A stretch of 64,000 bases of DNA from an uncultured Pseudomonadota bacterium (lineage in GTDB: Bacteria > Pseudomonadota > Alphaproteobacteria > JACZXZ01): NCBI GenBank assembly GCA_963749075.1, contig CAVVLJ010000016.1:448001-512000 (forward strand). Reading direction: 5' to 3'. The notes under the pieces were generated by a model that worked only from the letters and a program-made list of their open reading frames with translations, searched no databases and was not told the DNA's origin. This document shows, piece by piece, positions 61,996-64,000 of the stretch (position 1 is the first letter of the stretch; each line of letters starts with the position of its first letter). A program made the position numbers and the translations under genes.

Positions 61996-62544
61996 ATGAC
62001 GGCTCGTCCCATCGCCTTAGCCCTTGTCGCGGCAGCCCTCGTCCTCCTTGCGCGCGAGGCGAGCGCCCAGGTGAGCTGCCCGCCGGTGCCGGCGCCCGTG
62101 GGTGCCGCCTTTGCACCCACGCCGATCCCATGCCTGCCGAACGCGAGCACGCCCAACGGCACCGAGGTCGTGCCCGGATATCAAAATGGGCGCGAGGTCA
62201 AATTCACCACCGCTCAACTCTGGGCGGGCTTTGTGGTGACCGGTTTCGCGGTGCGGTCCGTCACGTCGGGCACCTCGGACTCCGCCTCGGCGACCGACTT
62301 TCTGGTCAAGTGGACCAGCCCTGCGACCGGCGCCAGGAGTGAGGGCATTCCGGCCTGCGCGTCGGGCAACAAGGGCGCCGGGTTGGTCATCAAGGATGGG
62401 GTCGGGAACGCGGCGACTTACAACATCACCGTTACCGCGGCCGGCAGCAGCACGATCGACGGGCAGGCGAGCTACACGCTCAACACCGACCGGCAAGCCT
62501 TGATGCTGGAATGCGACGGCGCCGGCGACTGGACGATCCTCTAG
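61996..62544 (+). CDS. Fibre-position protein with signal-peptide-like N-terminus
   Basis: MTARPIALALVAAALVLLAREASA; C-terminal VIKDG.GNAATYNITV..TIDG...L..DGAGDW. Confidence 0.65.
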   Translation: MTARPIALALVAAALVLLAREASAQVSCPPVPAPVGAAFAPTPIPCLPNASTPNGTEVVPGYQNGREVKFTTAQLWAGFVVTGFAVRSVTSGTSDSASATDFLVKWTSPATGARSEGIPACASGNKGAGLVIKDGVGNAATYNITVTAAGSSTIDGQASYTLNTDRQALMLECDGAGDWTIL

Positions 62545-62558
62545 AGGGAGAATATCTC

Positions 62559-63146
62559 ATGGATAGGCTCCGGCAATTTCTGAGGCCACTCTTCTACGGC
62601 CCGCTGCTCGCGGCGGCACTCGTGATCGCCGCCCAGGCGAGCTACGACACTCCGATCGGCGCCTCCCAGATGCCCGCCATGTCGGGCGACTGCACGAGCT
62701 CGGCTGGCGCCGTCTCGCTCAGCTGCACGAAGACGAACGGCACGGCCTTCGGCACGGCGGCCACGGCGAACACCGGCACCTCCGGCGCCAATGTGCCGCT
62801 CCTCAACGGCAACAACAGCTACAGCGGCGTCTCGACCTTTTCGGGCGCGCTCGTGCTGCCCATGCGGGTCATCACCGCGGCGGGCGACGTCACCGTCTCG
62901 GCCTCGAGCGACTACTTCCTCTGCATCAACAAGACCACGGGTGCGGCAACGACGGTCAATCTCCCCGGCTCGCCGGCGGCCGGCCTCACCTTCGTGGTCA
63001 AGGACTGCAAGGGGGACGCCGCGACCAACAACATCACGATCACGCCCGCCTCGGGCAACATCGACGGTGCCGCCACCTTCGTGCAGAACGTCAACCACCA
63101 GGCGGCCGTGGTGAGCTACGACGGCACGCAGTGGGAGGTCAATTGA
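62559..63146 (+). CDS. Fibre-position protein, paralogous C-domain
   Basis: VVKDCKGDAATNNITI..NIDG...YDGTQW; hydrophobic N-terminus. Confidence 0.65.
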   Translation: MDRLRQFLRPLFYGPLLAAALVIAAQASYDTPIGASQMPAMSGDCTSSAGAVSLSCTKTNGTAFGTAATANTGTSGANVPLLNGNNSYSGVSTFSGALVLPMRVITAAGDVTVSASSDYFLCINKTTGAATTVNLPGSPAAGLTFVVKDCKGDAATNNITITPASGNIDGAATFVQNVNHQAAVVSYDGTQWEVN

Positions 63147-63148
63147 CC

Positions 63149-64000
63149 ATGCGGCGCTTCCTCTCCCGCATGGCCCTGCTCGCGCTGGCGCTGGCGCTCT
63201 TCGCCGGCGATCAGCCGAGGGCAGCGCATCTCGAGCTCCCGGCCTTCGTGGCGCCGCAGGGGCGCCTCGTCCCGGCCGCGAGCTCGTGCTCGAGCGCGGT
63301 CCCTGTCCTGACGGCCGACGTGCCGGCCGCCACCGTCATCTGCTACGTGCCGGCGGTCGGGCAGCTCATCGCCGTCAACGGCGCGCCCTACCAGTTCGCC
63401 ACTCTCACGCTGACACTTTCGCAGACGAACCACAGTGCCGGAAGCAATTACGATGTCTGGGCGGTGGTCAGCTCGGGTGCCCCGGCGCTCTGCGCCGAGG
63501 GCTCGCTGTGGTCGTCGACGACGGCGCGCTCCGGCACGCCGGCCTTCTCCGGCGGGGTGCTGAGCAACCCATCCTCGCTCTCGCATTGCTACAACGGCTC
63601 GACGGACCACGGCTCGGTCGCCGCCAACGCAGCTACCTATCTCGGCAGCTTCACGGTGCCGAGTGCCGCCGCGACCACGACCTCGACAACGATGACCAGC
63701 AGCGTCACCACCCTGCCGCTCACCGCGGCGCTCAAGGGTGCAGGCCTGACGGCGAATTACTACGTCGCGGTCGATAGCGGGGCGAACCTCGAATATATGC
63801 TCGTCACCGCCGGCTACGGCACGACGAGCGAGACGGTGACGCGCGCCCAGCTCGGCACCTCGGCTGTCGCGCACTCGAGCGGCGTCGCGATTGCCGTCGC
63901 CGGCGGCCAGACGGCCATGCAGTTCGCGCCCGCCTGCCAGAGCGGCGGGAATGCGCCCCTGCTGGGCGTGTGGAACGCCTACAATAGGGTCCTGACCGCG
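63149..64000 (+). CDS. Tail fibre-like protein, truncated by window end
   Basis: MRRFLSRMALLALALALFAG..., PQGRL...PVLTADV; Ser/Thr/Gly-rich; no stop seen in this frame. Confidence 0.6.
   Translation, partial: MRRFLSRMALLALALALFAGDQPRAAHLELPAFVAPQGRLVPAASSCSSAVPVLTADVPAATVICYVPAVGQLIAVNGAPYQFATLTLTLSQTNHSAGSNYDVWAVVSSGAPALCAEGSLWSSTTARSGTPAFSGGVLSNPSSLSHCYNGSTDHGSVAANAATYLGSFTVPSAAATTTSTTMTSSVTTLPLTAALKGAGLTANYYVAVDSGANLEYMLVTAGYGTTSETVTRAQLGTSAVAHSSGVAIAVAGGQTAMQFAPACQSGGNAPLLGVWNAYNRVLTA

Larger units (their letters stand above)
21061..64000 (+). mobile_element. Phage-derived myovirus-type morphogenesis cluster (prophage remnant or domesticated particle), runs past window end
   Basis: Co-oriented terminase, portal, capsid, sheath, tube and baseplate genes; no replication, repressor or lysis genes in view. 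Confidence 0.9.

Overview
High-GC alphaproteobacterial DNA (Rhodospirillales-like, judged from rRNA and REP types) in three parts. (1) 1-4.8 kb is the 3' part of an rRNA operon: 16S, tRNA-Ala, 23S, 5S, tRNA-fMet. It is full of heptamer-repeat hairpins, one of them inside 23S helix 25. (2) 4.8-21 kb holds host genes: wzm/wzt ABC exporter, TolC, a DXD glycosyltransferase, an ALS-like enzyme, a lower-GC islet with a tyrosine recombinase and purM, GGT, two QueG-like Fe-S proteins, PaaI, DmpA and DUF4189. (3) 21-64 kb is a myophage-type morphogenesis cluster: terminase, portal, protease/scaffold, capsid, neck, sheath, tube, G/GT chaperone with a -1 slippery site, gpD, gpV, PAAR, wedge, baseplate J/I and fibre-like genes. 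No replication or lysis genes and no recognisable tape-measure gene are visible in the window. Instead the cluster carries at least five 'exported partner gene(s) -> putative effector' cassettes with their own promoter-like motifs. Two family-A proteins have unrelated N-termini and a shared C-terminal tag (NKPRNxSWRYDFRRTYTPPGPVPxM), each cassette lying behind a tail-chaperone paralogue. Three family-B proteins are GH24-lysozyme-like and share a second C-terminal tag. There are also four Rap1a-like immunity genes and two low-GC defence-like insertions. Best hypothesis (inference): a domesticated phage-derived contractile particle that delivers polymorphic toxins loaded through C-terminal tags. 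Several frameshifts may be sequencing errors. All calls come from reading the sequence; no searches were run.
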